A DNA stretch of 64,000 nt. Origin: a virus. A program made the translations under genes and the position numbers. Where the stretch lies: the IMG/VR virus record IMGVR_UViG_3300015241_000002, positions 1 through 64,000 of that record; one strand, 5' to 3'. Below, piece by piece: positions 1 through 9,217 of this stretch. The notes beneath the pieces were generated by a model. That model worked only from the letters and a program-made list of their open reading frames with translations, ran no database searches and had not been told where the DNA came from. Numbering within the stretch: the first letter of the stretch is position 1; every line of letters starts with the position of its first letter.

Positions 1-168
1 AAGAAGTCTAGCTACAGCCAGGGTAATGGCAATTGTGTTGAGGTTAAGAAGGCCGAGACTATCACGGTTCGAGATTCCAAGGATAAGACCGGACCGATTC
101 TTATGTTCACCATAGCCGAGTGGGACGCCTTTATTCGAGGCGTAAAGGATGGTGAGTTTGACCTGTAG
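1..168 (+). CDS. DUF397-like protein, 3' fragment (5' end lies outside the window)
   Basis: Frame 1 is open from base 1 to the TAG at 166-168. The translation KKSSYSQGNGNCVEVKKAETITVRDSKDKTGPILMFTIAEWDAFIRGVKDGEFDL fits the DUF397 pattern (SSYS..G.CVEV...V.VRDSKD..GP.L.F....W..F) typical of Streptomyces and other actinobacterial proteins. Confidence 0.75.
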   Translation, partial: KKSSYSQGNGNCVEVKKAETITVRDSKDKTGPILMFTIAEWDAFIRGVKDGEFDL

Positions 169-358
169 CGATTCTTGCCCTGTGGGGGTTTTTGACAAGA
201 TCTCCATGGGGCATGAATTTAAACAAGGAGAGAAGATGATCATGGTTCTGGAGCCCGGTACCTGGGATATGGACACTGGACGTTTCGTCCGTGTCCGGCC
301 AGATCAGCTCGCCAGCTGGCCAAATGATCTTGACTATAGGCAAGTATAGGCACTCGAC

Positions 359-724
359 ATGTCTAATTATGGATACAATAAAATACACGATGAGGTTAGA
401 GCTGAAAAAGGCCCGGCCACTCTGTACTTATGCGTGGATTGCCCAAATAGAGCAGCTCATTGGTCATATGATAATAACGACCCAAATGAACATTTTAACT
501 TAAAACTACAATATTATAGCGAAAACGTAGATCATTACGTTCCAAGATGTATGCCATGTCATCAACAATTTGATATGTCTAAAAAATTTCAAGAAAGAAT
601 AACCCTTCAATGTGAACATGAATTACATGTAAAGTATGATACTGAAGTGAAATATAAATTTATATTTTGTTACGGATGTATGTTTTATAGACGCGAACCA
701 TTGGGGGATTATAATGAGCAATAA
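359..724 (+). CDS. HNH homing-type endonuclease
   Basis: 121-aa ORF. It carries CVDCPNRAAHW...DPNEH...HYVPRCMPCH, the Cys-pair plus His-Asn-His arrangement seen in freestanding phage HNH nucleases. Confidence 0.75.
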   Translation: MSNYGYNKIHDEVRAEKGPATLYLCVDCPNRAAHWSYDNNDPNEHFNLKLQYYSENVDHYVPRCMPCHQQFDMSKKFQERITLQCEHELHVKYDTEVKYKFIFCYGCMFYRREPLGDYNEQ

Positions 725-1106
725 GTTGCCATCAGACCTATGGAATCTTTCGGTGGAAGCCCTTAATAATTCTGAACGTTGGTTTGGAGAGAGTGGAGTA
801 GCTGCGGATATTTCTCATATGAGTTTGTCCATGTGTGGGGAGGCAGGAAATTTAGCTAACATTATCAAATTAATAGATCGGGGTGAGATAGACCCTAAGG
901 ATGCACGTGCTCACTTTGATATGGTGATGGCACTTGCCGATGTGTTCGTTTATGTACTTAACATAGCTGCAATATTACAAATTGATTTGTTGAGAGCGTA
1001 TGAACAAAAAGTGATTGCTAATGAGAAACGGTTTGTAGATGATAGGGAAAAGAAAAATCAACCTATTAGAGCAATAGGTTGGCAATCGTATAGTAGTGGA
1101 GAGTAA
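714..1106 (+). CDS. MazG-like nucleotide pyrophosphohydrolase
   Basis: 130 aa. The segments CGEAGNLANIIK...ALADVFVYVLNIAAILQIDLLRAYEQKVIANEKRF match the helical MazG/dimeric dUTPase-like pattern (GE.GE....K...EL.DV..Y...LA...GIDL..A...K...N..R). Confidence 0.7.
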   Translation: MSNKLPSDLWNLSVEALNNSERWFGESGVAADISHMSLSMCGEAGNLANIIKLIDRGEIDPKDARAHFDMVMALADVFVYVLNIAAILQIDLLRAYEQKVIANEKRFVDDREKKNQPIRAIGWQSYSSGE

Positions 1107-1375
1107 TGAGAAAAATTTACTTTTATGCTGGAGTAATTGGAAATACAAATGATAATACTTCAAGTCCGCATTCAAGAGTAGAAGAATATGAAGATGAGCT
1201 TCCAGAAAATGAGCAACACAATGGAATCCAAGGTGTAAATCTACATGCTTATGGAGATTCTCTTGACTCTGCATTCTTGGAGGTATATGGACCGGACGAA
1301 AACGAAGTATTTCATAAGTGGAATCAAATCTCTGCATTAAGTTTAGGATTCCTTCAAGCTTGGTGGGAAGAATGA
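1106..1375 (+). CDS. hypothetical protein
   Basis: 89-aa ORF with a TAATG junction to the upstream gene. The product is acidic. No motif recognised. Confidence 0.55.
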   Translation: MRKIYFYAGVIGNTNDNTSSPHSRVEEYEDELPENEQHNGIQGVNLHAYGDSLDSAFLEVYGPDENEVFHKWNQISALSLGFLQAWWEE

Positions 1376-1641
1376 TAATATCAACTAGACAGGCAGAAAA
1401 GATACTTGCTAGAACTTTAGAATTTCGTATCTCAGATGGACATGTTGAGTTTCTTGAATTCAATACAGATGACGATGGTGAGGAAAAGATAACTGTAAGA
1501 GCAGTCCAGCCTGTGGAGCTTTGGGCATGGCAGCTTTGGAATCAATCTCTAATTCTAGTTCAACAAGTTATGGAATTAACTCCAGAGCAGGATGGACCTA
1601 AACTTGGAGTGGAATCATTCAAGAGAGTAATGGATCAATGA
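1372..1641 (+). CDS. hypothetical protein
   Basis: The in-frame ATG at 1372 forms an ATGA overlap with the upstream stop. I prefer it to the 1318 start given in the ORF track. No motif recognised. Confidence 0.55.
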   Translation: MIISTRQAEKILARTLEFRISDGHVEFLEFNTDDDGEEKITVRAVQPVELWAWQLWNQSLILVQQVMELTPEQDGPKLGVESFKRVMDQ

Positions 1642-1928
1642 GAGTATTAAGATATGAAGTTCCTGTTGATGATTTTACACATGTAATTTCTCTATCAGGT
1701 GAAGTGTACCCATTTATCAATGCTTCACACCCACACATTGTCGAATTCTGGTCACTTGACACTGGCGGTCCATCCACAGATAGAAAATTTAGAGTCGTAG
1801 GTACTGGACAGCCGCTTCCAATCTCTGAGTATTGGGAAGGAGATTACGTAGGAACAGCAATCCATATTATAACACCATCTGGACTGCCTGGTTCGCGTTT
1901 GGTATGGCATTTATTTGAAATTAAATAA
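1638..1928 (+). CDS. hypothetical protein
   Basis: 96-aa ORF with an ATGA overlap onto the upstream gene. No motif recognised. Confidence 0.6.
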   Translation: MRVLRYEVPVDDFTHVISLSGEVYPFINASHPHIVEFWSLDTGGPSTDRKFRVVGTGQPLPISEYWEGDYVGTAIHIITPSGLPGSRLVWHLFEIK

Positions 1929-1985
1929 AAAGTCGGGCACGTCCGCTCGCGCATAGGCAAGGACCCCACAGGGAAGGAATAGGTA

Positions 1986-2219
1986 ATGTCTGTACAGCAA
2001 GAAATGTCTATTGGAGCCAAGTTCGTTCTTTTAAAAGACGGGCAAGGACCAGACATTTGTATTTATCACGATGGAGAGATTGAACACGAGATTGCATGGA
2101 GCGCGGTGCCTGAGAGCGGCGAACTCGACGATACAGACGTAAAAGATAGGTTTAAGTGGCTTATTGATGCAGCAGCGGCGTTCCACGAAATTCCAGTGGA
2201 AATTGAGACTATTAAGTAA
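1986..2219 (+). CDS. hypothetical protein
   Basis: 77-aa acidic ORF with a GGAAGGA Shine-Dalgarno sequence just upstream. Confidence 0.6.
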   Translation: MSVQQEMSIGAKFVLLKDGQGPDICIYHDGEIEHEIAWSAVPESGELDDTDVKDRFKWLIDAAAAFHEIPVEIETIK

Positions 2220-2329
2220 TGTGGTATCTAATAACTGGTAGCATAATCTTGGTATTATGGTTAATAGGATGGTACTTTAGAAAGCATGCACCTTTCTACG
2301 AGGATGAATACGACCGGGAGTATTGGTGA
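2219..2329 (+). CDS. small membrane protein (36 aa)
   Basis: Translated by hand because it is below the track cutoff. It has a TAATG junction and one hydrophobic helix (WYLITGSIILVLWLIGWYF). Confidence 0.4.
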   Translation: MWYLITGSIILVLWLIGWYFRKHAPFYEDEYDREYW

Positions 2330-2353
2330 CTAATACATCAACAGGAGGCTAAG

Positions 2354-2524
2354 ATGGCTAACGAAATATTAACTATATCATATACACACAATCATGAATG
2401 CGAACGTAAAGATCAAGAATATATCTACTTTCCGCGTTGCACTAATGGAGTAGCTGAGATTCCCGAAATAGTATGTATCGAATCTGGAGCTAAGTTAGAA
2501 ATTATTCGGGAAAGAAAGATGTGA
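2354..2524 (+). CDS. hypothetical protein (56 aa)
   Basis: Translated by hand. AGGAGG lies about 6 nt upstream of the ATG. Confidence 0.5.
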   Translation: MANEILTISYTHNHECERKDQEYIYFPRCTNGVAEIPEIVCIESGAKLEIIRERKM

Positions 2525-2527
2525 TAT

Positions 2528-2752
2528 ATGGTGAGTGGATTTTTGAAGGTTGATAAAATAATTTCATTAGCTGCATGTCCTATATGTTTAGTTGATAAAG
2601 ACGTAAGATGTGTTGATCAGACCGGTCAAGACCGTGATGTGCAACACAAGGCTAGAGTGATGGCCGCAAGGAATGCAATTGCTATGGTTTCTAAGCCTAA
2701 GAAACCTTCCGATAAGCCTGTAGGGATCGTTCCTAACTATAAGGTATACTAA
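2528..2752 (+). CDS. hypothetical protein
   Basis: 74-aa ORF with a CPIC...RC cysteine pattern. It is tightly packed against its neighbours. Confidence 0.5.
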   Translation: MVSGFLKVDKIISLAACPICLVDKDVRCVDQTGQDRDVQHKARVMAARNAIAMVSKPKKPSDKPVGIVPNYKVY

Positions 2753-2922
2753 TGGGTTATATTATTTGGAAACGTGATGATCGATACAACGGTATGACTA
2801 AAGAGGAAGCATGGGAAGATTACCATGAGCGTCACCCAGAAGTTTTGGCTGATTGGGGAGAGCAAAATGATAGAATGCCAAATGATAATATCATAGCCAT
2901 AGAGGTGGAAGATGGGGAATAA
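2752..2922 (+). CDS. hypothetical protein (56 aa)
   Basis: Translated by hand. It has a TAATG junction with the upstream stop and overlaps the next gene by 11 nt. Confidence 0.45.
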   Translation: MGYIIWKRDDRYNGMTKEEAWEDYHERHPEVLADWGEQNDRMPNDNIIAIEVEDGE

Positions 2923-3097
2923 TATAGATAAGTATTGTGAAGTTATGCATGATGCTTACGAAAAGGCCGCTTTGGGTGCTGGTTGGGAGACTAACCCGGC
3001 GAGCCGCAAGCCGTGGTCTGATGTGCCTGAGGCCAACAAAGAAACTATGAGGGTAGCAGTTGTGGCACTATTAAAGTATCTAGATAATGATGAGTAA
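2912..3097 (+). CDS. hypothetical protein, possibly RyR-like domain
   Basis: 61 aa. MHDAYEKAALGAGWE...KPWSDVPEANKETMRVAVVALLKYL resembles the phage RyR-domain pattern (H..Y...GW......W..lPE..K...R..V). The call is tentative. Confidence 0.4.
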   Translation: MGNNIDKYCEVMHDAYEKAALGAGWETNPASRKPWSDVPEANKETMRVAVVALLKYLDNDE

Positions 3098-3404
3098 GTA
3101 CACCGACGATGCAATTAAGTTGGGTATATACAGACATTACAAAGGACAACTATATCAAGTATTAGGAATAGCACATGACGCAAACGATGAGAGCCGTACT
3201 TGCGTGGTCTATATTGGACTTCAACTTGATAAAGCAAATCCAGGTCCAAGAATGGCTGTAAGAACAATAGAAGATTTTTTAGCTTATATAGATCCAAAAA
3301 CTGGTGGTAAGGCTCTAGACTGGGCAACACCAATGTATCCACGCTTTGATTATATTGGAATGTATTTGGAGGAGTGGATGGTGGGAGATGCAAAACAAGA
3401 GTAA
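3087..3404 (+). CDS. DUF1653-like protein
   Basis: 105 aa. GIYRHYKGQLYQVLGIAHDANDESRTCVVYIGL matches the DUF1653 core (YRHYKG..Y.V...A.H.E......VVY). Confidence 0.65.
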   Translation: MMSKYTDDAIKLGIYRHYKGQLYQVLGIAHDANDESRTCVVYIGLQLDKANPGPRMAVRTIEDFLAYIDPKTGGKALDWATPMYPRFDYIGMYLEEWMVGDAKQE

Positions 3405-3576
3405 TATATTTCCAGTTTTGATCGCAATATCTTTTCGAGTATCTGATCCCAAAGATATTCCAGAGATCATTGAGGCTATACACCCACCAAGTCTCCCCAG
3501 TTTTGCTGGTGAGATTCGTGTAGTTGTTGGTACAGATGTGGATGACGTTATTAAGTTTCTAGATGAAGAAGAATAA
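3388..3576 (+). CDS. hypothetical protein
   Basis: I chose the in-frame ATG at 3388 (MQNKSNIF...) to keep the overlap with the upstream gene small. No motif recognised. Confidence 0.45.
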   Translation: MQNKSNIFPVLIAISFRVSDPKDIPEIIEAIHPPSLPSFAGEIRVVVGTDVDDVIKFLDEEE

Positions 3577-3579
3577 TAT

Positions 3580-4155
3580 ATGAAAAGACGTCATCCTGAA
3601 GCATTATGCGAGAGTTGCCCCCTCTTCGAGACAGGCGAATTCGTGCCTAGCTGTGGGCCGGAACATGCAAAATTGGCGGTTATCGGAGAGGCCCCGGGTA
3701 TTAATGAATCAAGAATCGGAAAACCGTTCGTTGGTCAGAGTGGTAGGCTTTTGGACGTATTGCTTAAGCACAATGAAATTGACAGAGAAGAAACCTTTCT
3801 TAGCAATGCGTGCCTATGTCGAGATCCTTCCGGAGAAAATCCTCCCAAAGATGCAATCGGTGCGTGTAGACCAAGACTACTTCATGAACTCAAAGAGCGT
3901 GGAGTGGAAACTGCCGTTGCCATGGGAAACTACGCAGCCGAATCACTTTTGGGTAAAACTGGTATCACGAAGCTCCGGATTGGACCCCCAAAAGAAAGTA
4001 ACACTATCAATGGAATTAGAGTTATTCCGACCATCCACCCTGCGGCGGCTCTTAGAGCGCCTGATAACTTTCTATTTATCCAAAGAGATTTCAAAAAGAT
4101 AAATGGGATTCAAAGAACATGGAATCCCCCTAATTATATAGTAGTTGATGATTAA
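3580..4155 (+). CDS. uracil-DNA glycosylase, family 4-like
   Basis: 191 aa. It has an N-terminal Cys cluster (CESCPL), the motif GEAPGINESRIGKPFVGQSGRLLD (GE.PG..E...G.PFVG..G.LL) and a C-terminal HPAAALR. Confidence 0.8.
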   Translation: MKRRHPEALCESCPLFETGEFVPSCGPEHAKLAVIGEAPGINESRIGKPFVGQSGRLLDVLLKHNEIDREETFLSNACLCRDPSGENPPKDAIGACRPRLLHELKERGVETAVAMGNYAAESLLGKTGITKLRIGPPKESNTINGIRVIPTIHPAAALRAPDNFLFIQRDFKKINGIQRTWNPPNYIVVDD

Positions 4156-4622
4156 TGGATATATTAGTTGATCCAGAAGATGAACATTTATTAAAGAAAT
4201 ATAATTGGAGAGCAAATGCTGATGGATATGCATGCGTTAATAGATCTGGAAACGTAATATTTCTACATAGTTTAATAATGGGTTTCTTAGGGGTGGATCA
4301 TATCAACTGTAATCCACTAGACAATAGACGTTCTAATTTACGACCAGCGACTGACCAACAAAATACACAGAACAGACGTAAATGGCACAAACAAGGAAAT
4401 AGTATTTATAGATCTAAATACAAAGGAGTCTATACTAAAATTACTAGGAAAGGAGTTATATATTATTGTTCACATATAAGAGAAAATGGGGCACTAAAAT
4501 ATTTAGGGTCTTTCGATACTCCAGAAGAAGCAGCGCTAGTTTGGGATGAAAATGCACGGCGCCTACATGGAAACTTTGCAAGACTAAACTTTCCAATGGA
4601 AGGAGAGGAATCAGCTTTATGA
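4155..4622 (+). CDS. HNH endonuclease with C-terminal AP2-type DNA-binding domain
   Basis: 155 aa. The HNH core is LHSLIMGF..VDHINCNPLDNRRSNL. The AP2-like segment is YKGVY...YLGSFDTPEEAALVWDENARRLHGNFARLNF. The gene lies between UDG and the polymerase, as freestanding homing endonucleases often do. Confidence 0.8.
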   Translation: MDILVDPEDEHLLKKYNWRANADGYACVNRSGNVIFLHSLIMGFLGVDHINCNPLDNRRSNLRPATDQQNTQNRRKWHKQGNSIYRSKYKGVYTKITRKGVIYYCSHIRENGALKYLGSFDTPEEAALVWDENARRLHGNFARLNFPMEGEESAL

Positions 4623-6512
4623 AAGCTGTAGATGCCATAAGGCAAGTCAAAGCTCTCAATCCTAAGTTTGTAACTATAGACATAGAATGTGGAATAGAAA
4701 AGGATGCATCGTTTGGACATCCAAATGAGTTCGATCTTTTATGTGTTGGAATAGGATACGCAAAAGGCAAGGTATTAGTTATCGGAGAAAATGCTTTAAA
4801 GAAGGATGAAGTTTTAGAGGAGCTTGGGGATCTTTTACGATCAGTGAGGATTGTTTGCCAAAACGGTAAATTTCGATCTAGCAGGACTCTATCTACATTG
4901 CGGTCCATTAAAATTATGGGCAGACACAATGTTAGCGCATTATGTGCTGGACGAGCGTCCTGGTGTTCATGATCTAGAACAAATGTCTATGGAAGATTTG
5001 GGAAGTCCCAATTGGAAAAATACATTAAATAAATATAAAAAGCCTGGAGAATCGTATGCAGTCATACCGAGAGACGTTCTGTATAAATACAATGCTTTTG
5101 ACGTGGCCAATACATATGATTTAATTGAACTATATTTGATGGAGATTGAAGCCCAACAGGAAAAAGATACTTACTTCTTGCTTCAAGGTAAGATGGTTCC
5201 TGGTAAGACGTTGTTGGACGTTCATGATTTTCTGTGTGAAGTCTCTAACGAGTTAATGTTCGTAGAATTGAATGGAATTGGAATTGACCCAGATTACATT
5301 GACGAGCTGGCTGAGAAACTTGAATTCAATATGGGTAATTTGGAAAGATCCATTAACGATATGCTTCCATGGATTAAGTCTGTGGATGAGGACGGTATAC
5401 CAGATGTTGGCCAGAGAGACTATGATAAAAAACTAGGTGGCGTTAATCCTCGTAGTCCTAAGCAGCTTTTGCAAGTGTTCAAAGATTTTGGAATGTATAC
5501 ACAATCTACTGATGCTGATACATGTAAGATGATTATTGAAGTTAAGGGATTAGATTCTACAATTGGAAGATTTTGCGCAACATTATTACAATATAGAATG
5601 GAAGCTAAAGAATATGGAACCTATGTGGACGGGATACGAAAGCGTATCCTTGCTGGTACCACCAGAGTTTATCCAAGTTTCTTGCTCCATGGAACCACTG
5701 AGGGAAGATTATCATGTAGGAATCCGAATCTCCAGAATGTTCCTAGAAAATCTGCCATCAGAAGACTTTTCGTACCTACGAAATCTGAAAATATCTTCGT
5801 TCAAGCCGACTATTCACAGGCTGAACTTCGAGTCCTATGTTGGCTCGCCGGGGATACTTACTTCACTCCAATTTTCAACGAGGGAATAGAAGATATATTC
5901 GATACTCTTTCTGAAAATGTATTGTTTCCTCAATACCCAAAAGCAACTACAGACAAAGAGTTCTTTAAGGAAGTTAGATCGAAATGGGTCAAACCTTTTG
6001 TGTACGGGTTAGCGTATGGTCGTACTGAACATGGAATTGCAGGAGACATTGAAATTGGAATGACGCTCAACGAAGCTAAGCTAACTATGGATAAATTCAT
6101 GAGTGTTATCCCAGAGATAGTTCGTTGGCAAAAAGACATTAAGAGAATAGTTTCCGGTGGCGGTGACCTAGTTACACCATTTGGTAGGCACAGAAGATTC
6201 CATCTTATCACACGGCAAAATCATGACGATGTAATGCGCACTGGTTTGGCTTTCGTACCTGCAAGTACGTCATCAGATCTATGTCTTAGAGCATTTGCTA
6301 GAATGAACCCAGAGTTTAGAGCTAAAAAAATAGCCGTAGTCCGTAACCTGGTCCATGATAGCGTTATTGCAGAGTGTAATGAAAATGATGCTGAAGAGGT
6401 AGGACAGATAATGACTAAATATATGTTAGATTCAGCCCAAGAGCTTGTTGGGAATTATGTAAAATTTGCAGTGGATGTTGAAACGGGTTTTAGTTGGGGG
6501 GATCTCCATTAA
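4619..6512 (+). CDS. polA: DNA polymerase I (family A, 3'-5' exonuclease plus polymerase domains); reading frame broken by a 1-nt shift near 4868-4874
   Basis: Track ORFs 4619-4972 and 4851-6512 overlap in different frames. The first carries Exo I (VTIDIE) and ends in ...VCQNGKF. The second continues DLAGLY...DTMLAHYVLDE. Polymerase motifs are present: RNPNLQNVP, ADYSQAELRVL (motif A), KPFVYGLAYG (motif B) and LVHDSV (motif C). Confidence 0.85.
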
Positions 6513-6697
6513 TGAAGGGAATGCATACTTGCTCTCGTTGTGGTAGAATTCGTTATGAAGATAGAATGCGCCCAGTACATAGCGAAGCACACCCGGGACA
6601 GACGTTTTATATTTGTGCCTCAAGGCTAACCTGTAATATCCATAGAAAAATGGTCCGTAAAAGTACAATCATGACTAACGAGGAAATTAATGAATGA
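6512..6697 (+). CDS. hypothetical Zn-ribbon-like protein
   Basis: The in-frame ATG at 6512 forms a TAATG junction with the polA stop. The product MKGMHTCSRCG...YICASRLTCNIH contains Cys pairs. Confidence 0.45.
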   Translation: MKGMHTCSRCGRIRYEDRMRPVHSEAHPGQTFYICASRLTCNIHRKMVRKSTIMTNEEINE

Positions 6698-6809
6698 TGG
6701 ACCCAAGTGGGCTACAATTGTCGGGGTAACAATCATAGGTCTATTTGTCTTAGCGGTATTTACTGCTATGATATTAGGACTTATCTGGTTAGCAGGAGTT
6801 GTATTATAA
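6690..6809 (+). CDS. small membrane protein (39 aa)
   Basis: Translated by hand. MNDGPKWATIVGVTIIGLFVLAVFTAMILGLIWLAGVVL is hydrophobic throughout. It overlaps both neighbouring genes. Confidence 0.4.
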   Translation: MNDGPKWATIVGVTIIGLFVLAVFTAMILGLIWLAGVVL

Positions 6810-6955
6810 TGCATATATTTCACAAATGGGAAAGATGGGGAAATCCAGAGGTTACTGAATTTTTAAATGTCTATTCTGATAAGAAATTTAATAGATCAAT
6901 CCAAAGACGAATTTGTAAGAAGTGTGGATATGTCCAAGAAAGAAAGGTTGATTAA
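6809..6955 (+). CDS. hypothetical protein (48 aa)
   Basis: In-frame ATG at a TAATG junction. The product contains a CKKCG motif. Confidence 0.45.
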   Translation: MHIFHKWERWGNPEVTEFLNVYSDKKFNRSIQRRICKKCGYVQERKVD

Positions 6956-6956
6956 T

Positions 6957-7286
6957 ATGCCTAAGTCATTACAGACGATGTTATCAGAAGTATTTGCAAA
7001 TAACGTAGAGCATGGCTGGTACGAAAGAGATAGACCGTTCAGTGAAGATATTGCATTGCTGACTACAGAGGTTGCCGAAGCTTACGAAGCTTATCGAATC
7101 CGTAGTATGGATGCCTACACAGATCCTAATGGCAAGCCAGATGATGTCAAAAGTGAATTAGCAGATATTCTTATTCGGTTACTCGATACGTGCCAAAGAT
7201 ATAATGTAGATTTGGAATTGGAATACGAACGCAAAATGGCCTATAATAAGACTCGTCCGTATAGGCATGGAAATCGATTAGCATGA
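6957..7286 (+). CDS. MazG-like nucleotide pyrophosphohydrolase (second copy)
   Basis: Internal ATG at 6957. The segments LLTTEVAEAYEAYR...VKSELADILIRLLDTCQRYNVDLELEYERKMAYNKTRPYRHG match the MazG/dimeric dUTPase-like helical signature. Confidence 0.7.
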   Translation: MPKSLQTMLSEVFANNVEHGWYERDRPFSEDIALLTTEVAEAYEAYRIRSMDAYTDPNGKPDDVKSELADILIRLLDTCQRYNVDLELEYERKMAYNKTRPYRHGNRLA

Positions 7287-7798
7287 CCAATTTTAGAATC
7301 TTGGCGGCAGATCCTGGTGGTACAACTGGAATAGCAACCTATTCTGCATTACGCATGACCAATCCTACTACAAATGAATTTGAATATTTTGATGAAGAAT
7401 GGTGGGGTACACAGTTGGGGCCAGAAAAACACCATGATGAACTTGATATGCTTTTAGGTATACAGCACGTACAAAATTATAGAATTGTTTGTGAGTCTTT
7501 CGAATATAGAAATCGTTCACGTGCTGGGTTAGTTTTGGTATCTCAACAGTATATTGGCGTGATTGAAAGATTTGCTCAAGAACGTAATATTCCATTGTTT
7601 ATGCAACCTGCGAGCTTGGGCAAAATTACCAAGAAAAGCTTTGTTAGAAAAGAAAATTTGGAGCGGTTGGGTTTGTGGGTCAAAGGCGGTGCCTCTACTT
7701 ACAATCATCAAATGGATGCTTTCGGTCATCTTTTGCAGTACATGATTAAGAACAATATTCAGAAACAAGAACTATTAGAAAAAGGCTGGTCTAAATAA
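7283..7798 (+). CDS. RuvC-like Holliday junction resolvase
   Basis: 171 aa. The N-terminal ILAADPGGTTGIA supplies the catalytic Asp in a beta-strand and DPG turn, followed by an acidic CESFEY segment, as in phage RuvC-family resolvases. Confidence 0.65.
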   Translation: MTNFRILAADPGGTTGIATYSALRMTNPTTNEFEYFDEEWWGTQLGPEKHHDELDMLLGIQHVQNYRIVCESFEYRNRSRAGLVLVSQQYIGVIERFAQERNIPLFMQPASLGKITKKSFVRKENLERLGLWVKGGASTYNHQMDAFGHLLQYMIKNNIQKQELLEKGWSK

Positions 7799-8248
7799 AT
7801 GGAACTTCGAATGGGATTCTCTGGAACAAGATATGGTATGACTAATGGTCAGTCCAAAAAAGTTGCAGAGATAATTAACTGGTTTAGACCACAAGAATTT
7901 CATCATGGAGATTGCATTGGATCGGATGCAGAAGCTCACGAAATTGTTAGTAAGCACGAATATATTTGGACGGTTGGGCATCCTCCAATAGATGACAGTA
8001 AAAGAGCATTTTGCAAATTTGATCAAGAAAGACTTGCACAGGAATACAAAGCTAGAGATAGAAGAATTGTCATAGAGTCCAATATATTAGTAGCAACACC
8101 AAAAGATCCATTTGAAGTTTTGCATTCGGGAACGTGGACCACAATAAGATATGGTTTGGAAGCAAATATTCCCGTACTTATTGTAAGAGCCGATGGTACT
8201 TTAATGGTTAAGGGCTTGTTTGGGTTAAGCGGAATTCTTGAATATTAA
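7799..8248 (+). CDS. SLOG/DUF2493-like Rossmann-fold protein (tentative)
   Basis: 149 aa. GFSGTRYGMT...HHGDCIGSDAEAH...GHPP resembles the GTR.G...HGG..G.D pattern of DprA/DUF2493-type SLOG proteins. The call is weak. Confidence 0.4.
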   Translation: MELRMGFSGTRYGMTNGQSKKVAEIINWFRPQEFHHGDCIGSDAEAHEIVSKHEYIWTVGHPPIDDSKRAFCKFDQERLAQEYKARDRRIVIESNILVATPKDPFEVLHSGTWTTIRYGLEANIPVLIVRADGTLMVKGLFGLSGILEY

Positions 8249-8440
8249 ATGGATAAAGAAGCATTAACTATGGAACAGATAGAATCTGCAAAAAGAATGT
8301 GCGAAGATATTTTTACTAGAAGTCATTGGACAGCAGAGGAAAGGACTAATATATTGGAGATGTTAGGAATACAGCCATATGTGTCTGCTGTACACAAAAA
8401 GCAATATGCCCCTAAAAAGAAAAGAGTTAGAAATAAATGA
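8249..8440 (+). CDS. hypothetical protein
   Basis: 63-aa ORF directly abutting the upstream stop. Confidence 0.55.
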   Translation: MDKEALTMEQIESAKRMCEDIFTRSHWTAEERTNILEMLGIQPYVSAVHKKQYAPKKKRVRNK

Positions 8441-8622
8441 CAGCAATAACAGTAGGTGAGCTTCGCGAGAAGATGGTAACTCTACCTGACTCTGCTATAG
8501 TGGTAGCAGAAGAACTACCAGCCTTCAATTACATTACAGATAAATTCGATGTAGTTAGTGCAATGGCAATTGGAGCTAGAACTGATGATCCAGGTTTAGT
8601 CCTTAAACTTAAGTTGATGTGA
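8437..8622 (+). CDS. hypothetical protein
   Basis: 61-aa ORF with an ATGA overlap. Confidence 0.55.
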   Translation: MTAITVGELREKMVTLPDSAIVVAEELPAFNYITDKFDVVSAMAIGARTDDPGLVLKLKLM

Positions 8623-8623
8623 T

Positions 8624-9217
8624 ATGAAGATTTGGTATGATACAGAATTCTTAGAAGATGGAAAGACTATTGAATTAATATCGATTGGGATGGTTCGTGA
8701 GGACGGAGAAGAATATTACGCAGTCGTTGATGTAGGAGCAATAACGTGGTTACGAATTACTCAGCATGATTGGCTAATGCGAAATGTAATTCCAAGTTTA
8801 CCATTGCAAAATAGAACATCACTCGACACTTGGTTATCTGTTCCAGCCAATTCATACCCCAAGCCGTCAACTAGCCTTCTCTCACTTGATTTTGCAGATT
8901 CAAGAGTGAAGCCTAAGAGAGTAATCGCTAATGAGGTTAGAGATTTCATTAGTGAGGTTGACAGGCCAGAACTATGGGCTTGGTATGCAGCATACGACCA
9001 CGTAGCATTGTGCCAACTGTGGGGTCCTATGGTTGCAATACATGGCACGAAGATTCCATTCTGGACTAGCGATCTCAAGCAAGAATGCAATCGTTTAGGT
9101 AATCCTACAGTTCCGCAACAGTTAGCAGGTCAGCACAATGCTTTAGCAGATGCCAAACACAATCGTGAGATTGATGAATTTTTAATGCAGTATAAGAGTG
9201 TTAAGAGGTCACCATGA
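8624..9217 (+). CDS. 3'-5' exoribonuclease, Rv2179c-like (DEDDh)
   Basis: 197 aa. WYDTEFLEDGKTIELISIGMV, ELWAWYAAYDHVALCQLWGPM and HNALADAKHN closely follow the sequence I remember for M. tuberculosis Rv2179c. Confidence 0.85.
   Translation: MKIWYDTEFLEDGKTIELISIGMVREDGEEYYAVVDVGAITWLRITQHDWLMRNVIPSLPLQNRTSLDTWLSVPANSYPKPSTSLLSLDFADSRVKPKRVIANEVRDFISEVDRPELWAWYAAYDHVALCQLWGPMVAIHGTKIPFWTSDLKQECNRLGNPTVPQQLAGQHNALADAKHNREIDEFLMQYKSVKRSP

Noticed and set aside
975-1463. A 162-aa - strand ORF spanning three + strand genes.
   Set aside because: It would overlap three tightly coupled + strand genes, including the MazG-like gene. No supporting signals are present.
3653-4102. A 149-aa alternative-frame ORF inside the UDG gene.
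   Set aside because: The UDG frame carries the conserved GE.PG...PFVG motif. The overlapping frame shows no motif and has the same extent, so it is most likely an accidental open frame.
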